NCBI GenBank assembly: GCA_964016885.1
Contig: OZ024742.1
Span: 378,138,001 to 378,202,000 of the forward strand
DNA: 64,000 nucleotides
Direction of reading: 5' to 3'
Origin: Eledone cirrhosa
Taxonomy: Eukaryota
Under the pieces are notes generated by a model. It was given only the letters and a program-made list of their open reading frames with translations, searched no databases and had not been told where the DNA came from. The position numbers were made by a program, and so were the translations under genes. Numbering within the stretch: position 1 is the first letter of the stretch; each line of letters opens with the position of its first letter. Shown in pieces: positions 11,119-25,400 of the stretch.

Positions 11119-13259
11119 GAGAACAAATAGTGCCAAAGTGTTTCTAGAAAGTCACAACAAGAACATAGAGGCGAATCTCTACAACTTGAGAACAAATAGT
11201 GCCAAAGTGTTTCTAGAAAGTCACAACAAGAACATAGAGGGGAATCTCTAAAACTTGAGAACAAATAGTGCCAAAGTGTTTCTAGAATGTCACAAGAACA
11301 TGGAGAGGAATCTCTACAACTTGAGAACAAATAGTGCCAAAGTGTTTCTAGAAAGTCACAACAAGAACATAGAGGGGAATCTCTACAACTTGAGAACAAA
11401 TAGTGCCAAAGTGTTTCTGGAAAGTCACAACAAGAACATAGAGGGGAATCTCTACAACTTGAGAACAAATAGTGCCAAAGTGTTTCTAGAAAGTCACAAC
11501 AAGAACATAGAGGGGAATCTCTACAACTTGAGAACAAATAGTGCCAAAGTGTTTCTGGAAAATCACAACAAGAACATAGAGGGGAATCTCTACAACCTGA
11601 GAACAAATAGTGCCAAAGTGTTTCTAGAAAGTCACAACAAGAACATAGAGGGGAATCACTACAACTTGAGAACAAATAGTGCCAAAGTGTTTGTAGAAAG
11701 TCACAACAAGAACATAGAGGTGAATCTCTACAACTTGAGAACAAATAGTGCCAAAGTGTTTCTAGAAAGTCACCACAAGAACATAGAGGTGTATCTCTAC
11801 AACTTGAGAACAAATAGTGCCAAAGTGTTTCTAGAAAGTCACAAGAAGAACATAGAGGGGAATCTCTACAACTTGAGAACAATAGTGCCAAAGTATTTCT
11901 GGAAAGTCACAACAAGAACATAGAGGGGAATCTCTACAACTTGAGAACAAATAGTGCCAACGTGTTTCTGGAAAGTCACAACAAGAGAATAGAGGTGAAT
12001 CTCTACAATTTGAGAACAAATAGTGCCAAAGTGTTTCTGGAAAGTCACAACAAGAACATAGAGGTGAATCTCTACAACTTGAAAACAAATAGTGCCAAAG
12101 TGTTTCTGGAAAGTCACAACAAGAACATAGAGGGGAATCTTTACAACTTGAGAACAAATAGTGCCAAAGTGTTTCTAGAAAGTCACCACAAGAACATAGA
12201 GGGGAATCTCTACAACTTGAGAACAAATAGTGCCAAGGTGTTTCTAGAAAGTCACAACAAGAACATAGAGGGGAATCTCTACAACTTGAGAACAAATAGT
12301 GCCAAAGTGTTTCTGGAAAGTCACAACAAGAACATAGAGGGGAATCTCTACAACTTGAGAACAAATAGTGCCAAAGTGTTTCTGGAAAGTCACAACAAGA
12401 CATAGAGGGGAATCTCTACAACTTGAGAACAAATAGTGCCAAAGTGTTTCTAGAAAGTCACAACAAGAACATAGAGGTGAATCTCTACAACTTGAGAACA
12501 AATAGTGCCAAAGTGTTTCTGGAAAATCACAACAAGAACATAGAGGTGAATCTCTAAAGCTTGAGAACAAATAGTGCCAAAGTATTTCTGGAAAGTCACA
12601 ACAAGAACATAGAGACGAATCTCTACAACTTGAGAACAAATAGTGCCAAAGTGTTTCTAGAAAGTCACAACAAGAACATAGAGGCGAATCACTACAACTT
12701 GAGAACAAATAGTGCCAAAGTGTTTCTAGAAAGTCACAACAAGAACATAGAAGGGAATCTCTACAACTTATAGAACAAATAGTACCAAATTGTTTCTGGG
12801 AAGTCACAACAAGAACATAGAGGTGAATCTCTACAACTTGAGTACAAATAGTGCCAAAGTGTTTCTAGAAAGTCACCACAAGAAAATAGAGACAAATCTT
12901 TACAACTTGAGAACAAATAGTGCCAAAGTGTTTCTAGAAAGTCACAACAAGAACATAGAGAGGAATCTCTACAACTTGAGAACAAATAGTGCCAAAGTGT
13001 TTGTAGAAAGTCACAACAAGAACATAGAGGGGAATCTCTGCAACTTGAGAACAAATAGTGCCAAAGTGTTTCTGGAAAGTTACAACAAGAACATAGAGGT
13101 GAATCTCTACAACTTGAGAACAAATAGTGCCAAAGTGTTTCTAGAAAGTCACCACAAGAACATAGAGGGGAATCTCTACAACTTGAGAACAAATAGTGCG
13201 AAAGTGTTTCTAGAAAGTCACAACAAGAACATAGAGGGGAATCTCTACAACTTGAGAAC

Positions 13260-16200
13260 AAATAGTGCCAAAGTGTTCCTAGAAAGTCACAACAAGAACA
13301 TAGAGGGGAATCTCTACAACTTGAGAACAAATAGTGCCAACGTGTTTCTGGAAAGTCACAACAAGAGAATAGAGTTGAATCTCTACAACTTGAGAACAAA
13401 TAGTGCCAAAGTGTTTCTGGAAAGTCACAAAAAAAGAATAGAGGTGAATATCTACAACTTGAGAACAACTAGTGCCAAAGTGTTTCTGGAAAGTCACAAC
13501 AAGAGAATAGAGGTGAATCTCTACAACTTGAGAACAAATAGTGCAAAAAGTGTTTCTAGAAAGTCACAACAAGAACATAGAGGGGAATCTCTACAACTTG
13601 AGAACAAATAGTCCCAAAGTGTTTCTGGAAATTCACAACAAAAACATAGAGGAGAATCTCTACAACCTGAGAACAAATAGTGCCAAAGTGTTTCTAGAAA
13701 GTCACAACAAGAACATAGAGGGGAATCACTACAACTTGAGAACAAATAGTGCCAAAGTGTTTGTAGAAAGTCACAACAAGAACATAGAGGTGAATCTCTA
13801 CAACTTGAGAACAAATAGTGCCAAAGTGTTTCTAGAAAGTCACAACAAGAACATAGAGGGAAATCTCTACAACTTGAGAACAAATAGTGCCAAAGTGTTT
13901 CTGGAAAGTCACAACAAGAACATAGAGGGGAATCTCTAAAACTTGAGAACAAATAGTGCCAAGGTTTTTCTGGAAAATCACAACAAGAACATAGAGGGGA
14001 ATCTCTACAACTTGAGAACAAATAGTGCCAAAGTGTTTCTGGAAAATGACAACAAGAACATAGAGGTGAATCTCTAAAGCTTGAGAACAAATAGTGCCAA
14101 AGTATTTCTGGAAAGTCACAACAAGAACATAGAGACGAATCTCTACAACTTGAGAACAAATAGTGCCAAAGTGTTTCTGGAAAGTTACAACAAGAACATA
14201 GAGGTGAATCTCTACAACTTGAGAACAAATAGTGCCAAAGTGTTTCTAGAAAGTCACCACAAGAACATAGAGGGGAATCTCTACAACTTGAGAACAAATA
14301 GTGCCAACGTGTTTCTAGAAAGTCACAACAAGAACATAGAGGGGAATCTCTACAACTTGAGAACAAATAGTGCCAAAGTATTTCTGGAAAGTCACAACAA
14401 GAACATAGAGGGGAATCTCTACAACTTGAGAACAAATAGTGCCAAAGTGTTTCTGGAAAGTCACAAAAAGAGAATAGAGGTGAATATCTACAACTTGAGA
14501 ACAACTAGTGCCAAAGTGTTTCTGGAACGTCACAACAAAAGAATAGAGGTGAATCTCTACAACTTGAGAACAAATGGTGCCAAAGTGTTTCTGGAAAGTC
14601 ACAACAAGAACATAGAAGTGAATCTCTACAACTTGAAAACAAATAGTACCAAAGTGTTTCTGGAAAGTCACAACAAGAACATAGAGGGGAATCTCTACAA
14701 CTTGAGAACAAATAGTGCCAAAGTGTTTCTAGAAAGTCACAACAAGAACATAGACGGGAATCTCTACAACTTGAGAACAAATAGTCCCAAAGTGTTTCTG
14801 GAAATTCACAACAAGAACATAGAGGGGAATCTCTACAACCTGAGAACAAATAGTGCCAAAGTGTTTCTAGAAAGTCACAACAAGAACATAGAGGGGAATC
14901 ACTACAACTTGAGAACAAATAGTGCCAAAGTGTTTCTGGAAAGTCACAACAAGAACATAGAGGTGAATCTCTACAACTTGAGAACAAATAGTGCCAAATT
15001 GTTTCTGGAAAGTCACAACAAGAACATAGAGGTGAATCTCTACAACTTGAGAACAAATAGTGCCAAAGTGTTTCTAGAAGGTCACCACAAGAAAATAGAG
15101 ACGAATCTTTACAACTTGAGAACATATAGTGCCAAAGTGTTTCTAGAGAGTCACAACAAGAACATAGAGGGGAATCACTACAACTTGAGAACAAATAGTG
15201 CCAAAGTGTTTCTAGAAAGTCACAACAAGAACATAGAGGGGAATCACTACAACTTGAGAACAAATAGTGCCAAAGTGTTTCTGGAAAGTCACAAAAAGAG
15301 AATAGAGGTGAATATCTACAACTTGAGAACAACTAGTGCCAAAGTGTTTCTGGAAAGTCACAACAAAAGAATAGAGGTGAATCTCTACAACTTGAGAACA
15401 AATGGTGCCATAGTGTTTCTGGAAAGTCACAACAAGAACATAGAGGGGAATCTCTAAAACCTGAGAACAAATAGTGCCAAAGTGTTTCTGGAAAATCACA
15501 ACAAGAACATAGAGGGGAATCTCTACAACTTGAGAACAAATAGTGCCAAAGTGTTTCTAGAAAGTCACAACAAGAACATAGAGGTGAATCTCTACAACTT
15601 GAGAACAAATAGTGCCAAAGTGTTTCTGGAAAATCACAACAAGAACATAGAGGTGAATCTCTAAAGCTTGAGAACAAATAGTGCCAAAGTATTTCTGGAA
15701 AGTCACAACAAGAACATAGAGACGAATCTCTACAACTTGAGAACAAATAGTGCCAAAGTGTTTCTACAAAGTCACAACAAGAACATAGAGGGGAATCACT
15801 ACAGCTTGAGAACAAATAGTGCCAAAGTGTTTCTAGAAAGTCACAACAAGAACATAGATGGGAATCTCTACAACTTGAGAACAAATAGTGCCAAATTGTT
15901 TCTGGAAAGTCACAACAAGAACATAGAGGTGAATCTCTACAACTTGAGAACAAATAGTGCCAAAGTGTTTCTAGAAAGTCACCACAAGAAAATAGAGACG
16001 AATCTTTACAACTTGAGAACAAATAGTGCCAAAGTGTTTCTAGAAAGTCACAACAAGAACATAGAGGGGAATCACTACAACTTGAGAACAAATAGTGCCA
16101 AAGTTTTTGTAGAAAGTCACCACAAGAACATAGAGGTGAATCTCTACAACTTGAGAACAAATAGTGCCAAAGTGTATCTGGAAAGTTACAACAAGAACAT

Positions 16201-19200
16201 AGAGGGGAATCTCTACAACTTGAGAACAAATAGTGCCAAAGTGTTTCTGGAAAGTCACCACAAGAACATAGATGTGAATCTCTACAACTTGAGAACAAAT
16301 AGTGCCAAAGTGTTTCTAGAAAGTCACAACAAGAACATAGAGGGGAATCTCTACAACTTGAGAACAAATAGTGCCAAAGTGTTTCTGGAAATTCACAACA
16401 AGAACATAGAGGTGAATCTCTAAAGCTTGAGAACAAATAGTGCGAAAGTGTTTCTAGAAAGTCACAACAAGAACATAGAGGGGAATCTCTACAACTTGAG
16501 AACAAATAGTGCCAAAGTATTTCTGGAAAGTCACAACAAGAACATAGAGGGGAATCTCTACAACTTGAGAACAAATAGTGCCAAAGTGTTCCTAGAAAGT
16601 CACAACAAGAACATAGAGGGGAATCTCTACAACTTGAGAACAAATAGTGCCAACGTGTTTCTGGAAAGTCACAACAAGAGAATAGAGTTGAATCTCTACA
16701 ACTTGAGAACAAATAGTGCCAAAGTGTTTCTGGAAAGTCACAAAAAAAGAATAGAGGTGAATATCTACAACTTGAGAACAACTAGTGCCAAAGTGTTTCT
16801 GGAAAGTCACAACAAGAGAATAGAGGTGAATCTCTACAACTTGAGAACAAATAGTGCAAAAAGTGTTTCTAGAAAGTCACAACAAGAACATAGAGGGGAA
16901 TCTCTACAACTTGAGAACAAATAGTCCCAAAGTGTTTCTGGAAATTCACAACAAAAACATAGAGGAGAATCTCTACAACCTGAGAACAAATAGTGCCAAA
17001 GTGTTTCTAGAAAGTCACAACAAGAACATAGAGGGGAATCACTACAACTTGAGAACAAATAGTGCCAAAGTGTTTGTAGAAAGTCACAACAAGAACATAG
17101 AGGTGAATCTCTACAACTTGAGAACAAATAGTGCCAAAGTGTTTCAAGAAAGTCACAACAAGAACATAGAGGGAAATCTCTACAACTTGAGAACAAATAG
17201 TGCCAAAGTGTTTCTGGAAAGTCACAACAAGAACATAGAGGGGAATCTCTAAAACTTGAGAACAAATAGTGCCAAGGTTTTTCTGGAAAATCACAACAAG
17301 AACATAGAGGGGAATCTCTACAACTTGAGAACAAATAGTGCCAAAGTGTTTCTGGAAAATGACAACAAGAACATAGAGGTGAATCTCTAAAGCTTGAGAA
17401 CAAATAGTGCCAAAGTATTTCTGGAAAGTCACAACAAGAACATAGAGACGAATCTCTACAACTTGAGAACAAATAGTGCCAAAGTGTTTCTGGAAAGTTA
17501 CAACAAGAACATAGAGGTGAATCTCTACAACTTGAGAACAAATAGTGCCAAAGTGTTTCTAGAAAGTCACCACAAGAACATAGAGGGGAATCTCTACAAC
17601 TTGAGAACAAATAGTGCCAACGTGTTTCTAGAAAGTCACAACAAGAACATAGAGGGGAATCTCTACAACTTGAGAACAAATAGTGCCAAAGTATTTCTGG
17701 AAAGTCACAACAAGAACATAGAGGGGAATCTCTACAACTTGAGAACAAATAGTGCCAAAGTGTTTCTGGAAAGTCACAAAAAGAGAATAGAGGTGAATAT
17801 CTACAACTTGAGAACAACTAGTGCCAAAGTGTTTCTGGAACGTCACAACAAAAGAATAGAGGTGAATCTCTACAACTTGAGAACAAATGGTGCCAAAGTG
17901 TTTCTGGAAAGTCACAACAAGAACATAGAAGTGAATCTCTACAACTTGAAAACAAATAGTACCAAAGTGTTTCTGGAAAGTCACAACAAGAACATAGAGG
18001 GGAATCTCTACAACTTGAGAACAAATAGTGCCAAAGTGTTTCTAGAAAGTCACAACAAGAACATAGACGGGAATCTCTACAACTTGAGAACAAATAGTCC
18101 CAAAGTGTTTCTGGAAATTCACAACAAGAACATAGAGGGGAATCTCTACAACCTGAGAACAAATAGTGCCAAAGTGTTTCTAGAAAGTCACAACAAGAAC
18201 ATAGAGGGGAATCACTACAACTTGAGAACAAATAGTGCCAAAGTGTTTCTGGAAAGTCACAACAAGAACATAGAGGTGAATCTCTACAACTTGAGAACAA
18301 ATAGTGCCAAATTGTTTCTGGAAAGTCACAACAAGAACATAGAGGTGAATCTCTACAACTTGAGAACAAATAGTGCCAAAGTGTTTCTAGAAGGTCACCA
18401 CAAGAAAATAGAGACGAATCTTTACAACTTGAGAACATATAGTGCCAAAGTGTTTCTAGAAAGTCACAACAAGAACATAGAGGGGAATCACTACAACTTG
18501 AGAACAAATAGTGCCAAAGTGTTTCTAGAAAGTCACAACAAGAACATAGAGGGGAATCACTACAACTTGAGAACAAATAGTGCCAAAGTGTTTCTGGAAA
18601 GTCACAAAAAGAGAATAGAGGTGAATATCTACAACTTGAGAACAACTAGTGCCAAAGTGTTTCTGGAAAGTCACAACAAAAGAATAGAGGTGAATCTCTA
18701 CAACTTGAGAACAAATGGTGCCATAGTGTTTCTGGAAAGTCACAACAAGAACATAGAGGGGAATCTCTAAAACCTGAGAACAAATAGTGCCAAAGTGTTT
18801 CTGGAAAATCACAACAAGAACATAGAGGGGAATCTCTACAACTTGAGAACAAATAGTGCCAAAGTGTTTCTAGAAAGTCACAACAAGAACATAGAGGTGA
18901 ATCTCTACAACTTGAGAACAAATAGTGCCAAAGTGTTTCTGGAAAATCACAACAAGAACATAGAGGTGAATCTCTAAAGCTTGAGAACAAATAGTGCCAA
19001 GGTATTTCTGGAAAGTCACAACAAGAACATAGAGACGAATCTCTACAACTTGAGAACAAATAGTGCCAAAGTGTTTCTACAAAGTCACAACAAGAACATA
19101 GAGGGGAATCACTACAACTTGAGAACAAATAGTGCCAAAGTGTTTCTAGAAAGTCACAACAAGAACATAGATGGGAATCTCTACAACTTGAGAACAAATA

Positions 19201-19400
19201 GTGCCAAATTGTTTCTGGAAAGTCACAACAAGAACATAGAGGTGAATCTCTACAACTTGAGAACAAATAGTGCCAAAGTGTTTCTAGAAAGTCACCACAA
19301 GAAAATAGAGACGAATCTTTACAACTTGAGAACAAATAGTGCCAAAGTGTTTCTAGAAAGTCACAACAAGAACATAGAGGGGAATCACTACAACTTGAGA
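13260..19400. repeat. Higher-order repeat, 3313-bp period (48 monomers +1 bp), ~2 copies
   Basis: Identical ORFs are offset by 3313 (13521/16834, 14081/17394). The shared 1-bp insertion GTGCAAAAAG occurs at 13541 and 16854. Boundaries approximate. Confidence 0.88.
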
Positions 19401-22400
19401 ACAAATAGTGCCAAAGTGTTTCTAGAAAGTCACAACAAGAACATAGAGGGGAATCACTACAACTTGAGAACAAATAGTGCCAAAGTGTTTCTGGAAAGTC
19501 ACAACAAGAACATAGAGGTGAATCTCTACAACTTGAGAACAAATAGTGCCAAATTGTTTCTGGAAAGTTACAACAAGAACATAGAGGGGAATCTCTACAA
19601 CTTGAGAACAAATAGAGCCAAAGTGTTTCTGGAAAGTCACCACAAGAACATAGATGTGAATCTCTACAACTTGAGAACAAATAGTGCCAAAGTGTTTCTA
19701 GAAAGTCACAACAAGAACATAGAGGGGAATCTCTACAACTTGAGAACAAATAGTGCCAAAGTGTTTCTGGAAATTCACAACAAGAACATAGAGGTGAATC
19801 TCTAAAGCTTGAGAACAAATAGTGCGAAAGTGTTTCTAGAAAGTCACAACAAGAACATAGAGGGGAATCTCTACAACTTGAGAACAAATAGTGCCAAAGT
19901 ATTTCTGGAAAGTCACAACAAGAACATAGAGGGGAATCTCTACAACTTGAGAACAAATAGTGCCAAAGTGTTCCTAGAAAGTCACAACAAGAACATAGAG
20001 GGGAATCTCTACAACTTGAGAACAAATAGTGCCAACGTGTTTCTGGAAAGTCACAACAAGAGAATAGAGGTGAATCTCTACAACTTGAGAACAAATAATG
20101 CCAAAGTGTTTCTGGAAAGTCACAAAAAGAGAATAGAGGTGAATCTCTACAACTTGAGAACAACTAGTGCCAAAGTATTTTTGGAAAGTCACAACAAGAG
20201 AATAGAGGTGAATCTCTACAACTTGAGAACAAATAGTGCCAAAATGTTTCTGGAAAGTCACAACAAGAACATAGAGCTGAATCTCTACAACTTGAAAACA
20301 AATAGTGCCAAATGTTTCTGGAAAGTCACAACAAGAACATAGAGGGTAATCTCTACAACTTGAGAACAAATAGTGCCAAAGTGTTTCTAGTAAGTCACAA
20401 CAAGAACATAGAGGGGAATCTCATACAACTTGAGAACAAATAGTCCCAAAGTGTTTCTGGAAATTCACAACAAGAACATAGAGGAGAATCTCTACAACCT
20501 GAGAACAAATAGTGCCAAAGTGTTTCTAGAAAGTCACAACAAGAACATAGAGGGGAATCACTACAACTTGAGAACAAATAGTGCCAAAGTGTTTGTAGAA
20601 AGTCACAACAAGAACATAGAGGTGAATCTCTACAACCTGAGAACAAATAGTGCCAAAGTGTTTCTAGAAAGTCACAACAAGAACATAGAGGGGAATCTCT
20701 AAAACTTGAGAACAAATAGTGCCAAAGTGTTTCTAGAATATCACAAGAACATAGAGAGGAATCTCTACAACTTGAGGACAAATAGTGCCAAAGTGTTTCT
20801 AGAAAGTCACAACAAGAACATAGAGGGGAATCTCTACAACTTGAGAACAAATAGTGCCAAAGTGTTTCTGGAAAGTCACAACAAGAACATAGAGGGGAAT
20901 CTCTACAACTTGAGAACAAATAGTGCCAAAGTGTTTCTAGAAAGTCACAACAAGAACATAGAGGGGAATCTCTACAACTTGAGAACAAATAGTCCCAAAG
21001 TGTTTCTGGAAAGTCACAACAAGAACATAGAGGGGAATCTCTACAACCTGAGAACAAATAGTGTCAAAGTGTTTCTAGAAAGTCACCACAAGAACATAGA
21101 GGTGAATCTCTACAACTTGAAAACAAATAGTGCCAAAGTGTTTCTAGAAAGTCACCACAAGAACATAGAGGTGAATCTCTAAAGCTTGAGAACAAATAGT
21201 GCCAAAGTGTTTCTAGAAAGTCACCACAAGAACATAGAGGTGAATCTCTACAACTTGAGAACAAATAGTGCCAAAGTGTTTCTAGAAGGTCACCACAAGA
21301 AAATAGAGACGAATCTTTACAACTTGAGAACATATAGTGCCAAAGTGTTTCTAGAAAGTCACAACAAGAACATAGAGGGGAATCACTACAACTTGAGAAC
21401 AAATAGTGCCAAAGTGTTTCTAGAAAGTCACAACAAGAACATAGAGGGGAATCACTACAACTTGAGAACAAATAGTGCCAAATTGTTTCTGGAAAGTCAC
21501 AAAAAGAGAATAGAGGTGAATATCTACAACTTGAGAACAACTAGTGCCAAAGTGTTTCTGGAAAGTCACAACAAAAGAATATAGGTGAATCTCTACAACT
21601 TGAGAACAAATGGTGCCATAGTGTTTCTGGAAAGTCACAACAAGAACATAGAGGGGAATCTCTAAAACCTGAGAACAAATAGTGCCAAAGTGTTTCTGGA
21701 AAATCACAACAAGAACATAGAGGGGAATCTCTACAACTTGAGAACAAATAGTGCCAAAGTGTTTCTAGAAAGTCACAACAAGAACATAGAGGTGAATCTC
21801 TACAACTTGAGAACAAATAGTGCCAAAGTGTTTCTGGAAAATCACAACAAGAACATAGAGGTGAATCTCTAAAGCTTGAGAACAAATAGTGCCAAGGTAT
21901 TTCTGGAAAGTCACAACAAGAACATAGAGACGAATCTCTACAACTTGAGAACAAATAGTGCCAAAGTGTTTCTACAAAGTCACAACAAGAACATAGAGGG
22001 GAATCACTACAACTTGAGAACAAATAGTGCCAAAGTGTTTCTAGAAAGTCACAACAAGAACATAGATGGGAATCTCTACAACTTGAGAACAAATAGTGCC
22101 AAATTGTTTCTGGAAAGTCACAACAAGAACATAGAGGTGAATCTCTACAACTTGAGAACAAATAGTGCCAAAGTGTTTCTAGAAAGTCACCACAAGAAAA
22201 TAGAGACGAATCTTTACAACTTGAGAACAAATAGTGCCAAAGTGTTTCTAGAAAGTCACAACAAGAACATAGAGGGGAATCACTACAACTTGAGAACAAA
22301 TAGTGCCAAAGTGTTTCTAGAAAGTCACAACAAGAACATAGAGGGGAATCACTACAACTTGAGAACAAATAGTGCCAAAGTGTTTCTGGAAAGTCACAAC

Positions 22401-25400
22401 AAGAACATAGAGGTGAATCTCTACAACTTGAGAACAAATAGTGCCAAATTGTTTCTGGAAAGTTACAACAAGAACATAGAGGGGAATCTCTACAACTTGA
22501 GAACAAATAGAGCCAAAGTGTTTCTGGAAAGTCACCACAAGAACATAGATGTGAATCTCTACAACTTGAGAACAAATAGTGCCAAAGTGTTTCTAGAAAG
22601 TCACAACAAGAACATAGAGGGGAATCTCTACAACTTGAGAACAAATAGTGCCAAAGTGTTTCTGGAAATTCACAACAAGAACATAGAGGTGAATCTCTAA
22701 AGCTTGAGAACAAATAGTGCGAAAGTGTTTCTAGAAAGTCACAACAAGAACATAGAGGGGAATCTCTACAACTTGAGAACAAATAGTGCCAAAGTATTTC
22801 TGGAAAGTCACAACAAGAACATAGAGGGGAATCTCTACAACTTGAGAACAAATAGTGCCAAAGTGTTCCTAGAAAGTCACAACAAGAACATAGAGGGGAA
22901 TCTCTACAACTTGAGAACAAATAGTGCCAACGTGTTTCTGGAAAGTCACAACAAGAGAATAGAGGTGAATCTCTACAACTTGAGAACAAATAATGCCAAA
23001 GTGTTTCTGGAAAGTCACAAAAAGAGAATAGAGGTGAATCTCTACAACTTGAGAACAACTAGTGCCAAAGTATTTTTGGAAAGTCACAACAAGAGAATAG
23101 AGGTGAATCTCTACAACTTGAGAACAAATAGTGCCAAAATGTTTCTGGAAAGTCACAACAAGAACATAGAGCTGAATCTCTACAACTTGAAAACAAATAG
23201 TGCCAAATGTTTCTGGAAAGTCACAACAAGAACATAGAGGGTAATCTCTACAACTTGAGAACAAATAGTGCCAAAGTGTTTCTAGTAAGTCACAACAAGA
23301 ACATAGAGGGGAATCTCATACAACTTGAGAACAAATAGTCCCAAAGTGTTTCTGGAAATTCACAACAAGAACATAGAGGAGAATTTCTACAACCTGAGAA
23401 CAAATAGTGCCAAAGTGTTTCTAGAAAGTCACAACAAGAACATAGAGGGGAATCACTACAACTTGAGAACAAATAGTGCCAAAGTGTTTGTAGAAAGTCA
23501 CAACAAGAACATAGAGGTGAATCTCTACAACCTGAGAACAAATAGTGCCAAAGTGTTTCTAGAAAGTCACAACAAGAACATAGAGGGGAATCTCTAAAAC
23601 TTGAGAACAAATAGTGCCAAAGTGTTTCTAGAATATCACAAGAACATAGAGAGGAATCTCTACAACTTGAGGACAAATAGTGCCAAAGTGTTTCTAGAAA
23701 GTCACAACAAGAACATAGAGGGGAATCTCTACAACTTGAGAACAAATAGTGCCAAAGTGTTTCTGGAAAGTCACAACAAGAACATAGAGGGGAATCTCTA
23801 CAACTTGAGAACAAATAGTGCCAAAGTGTTTCTAGAAAGTCACAACAAGAACATAGAGGGGAATCTCTACAACTTGAGAACAAATAGTCCCAAAGTGTTT
23901 CTGGAAAGTCACAACAAGAACATAGAGGGGAATCTCTACAACCTGAGAACAAATAGTGTCAAAGTGTTTCTAGAAAGTCACCACAAGAACATAGAGGTGA
24001 ATCTCTACAACTTGAAAACAAATAGTGCCAAAGTGTTTCTAGAAAGTCACCACAAGAACATAGAGGTGAATCTCTAAAGCTTGAGAACAAATAGTGCCAA
24101 AGTGTTTCTAGAAAGTCACCACAAGAACATAGAGGTGAATCTCTACAACTTGAGAACAAATAGTGCCAAAGTGTTTCTAGAAGGTCACCACAAGAAAATA
24201 GAGACGAATCTTTACAACTTGAGAACATATAGTGCCAAAGTGTTTCTAGAAAGTCACAACAAGAACATAGAGGGGAATCACTACAACTTGAGAACAAATA
24301 GTGCCAAAGTGTTTCTAGAAAGTCACAACAAGAACATAGAGGGGAATCACTACAACTTGAGAACAAATAGTGCCAAATTGTTTCTGGAAAGTCACAAAAA
24401 GAGAATAGAGGTGAATATCTACAACTTGAGAACAACTAGTGCCAAAGTGTTTCTGGAAAGTCACAACAAAAGAATATAGGTGAATCTCTACAACTTGAGA
24501 ACAAATGGTGCCATAGTGTTTCTGGAAAGTCACAACAAGAACATAGAGGGGAATCTCTAAAACCTGAGAACAAATAGTGCCAAAGTGTTTCTGGAAAATC
24601 ACAACAAGAACATAGAGGGGAATCTCTACAACTTGAGAACAAATAGTGCCAAAGTGTTTCTAGAAAGTCACAACAAGAACATAGAGGTGAATCTCTACAA
24701 CTTGAGAACAAATAGTGCCAAAGTGTTTCTGGAAAATCACAACAAGAACATAGAGGTGAATCTCTAAAGCTTGAGAACAAATAGTGCCAAGGTATTTCTG
24801 GAAAGTCACAACAAGAACATAGAGACGAATCTCTACAACTTGAGAACAAATAGTGCCAAAGTGTTTCTACAAAGTCACAACAAGAACATAGAGGGGAATC
24901 ACTACAACTTGAGAACAAATAGTGCCAAAGTGTTTCTAGAAAGTCACAACAAGAACATAGATGGGAATCTCTACAACTTGAGAACAAATAGTGCCAAATT
25001 GTTTCTGGAAAGTCACAACAAGAACATAGAGGTGAATCTCTACAACTTGAGAACAAATAGTGCCAAAGTGTTTCTAGAAAGTCACCACAAGAAAATAGAG
25101 ACGAATCTTTACAACTTGAGAACAAATAGTGCCAAAGTGTTTCTAGAAAGTCACAACAAGAACATAGAGGGGAATCACTACAACTTGAGAACAAATAGTG
25201 CCAAAGTGTTTCTAGAAAGTCACAACAAGAACATAGAGGGGAATCACTACAACTTGAGAACAAATAGTGCCAAAGTGTTTCTGGAAAGTCACAACAAGAA
25301 CATAGAGGTGAATCTCTACAACTTGAGAACAAATAGTGCCAAATTGTTTCTGGAAAGTTACAACAAGAACATAGAGGGGAATCTCTACAACTTGAGAACA

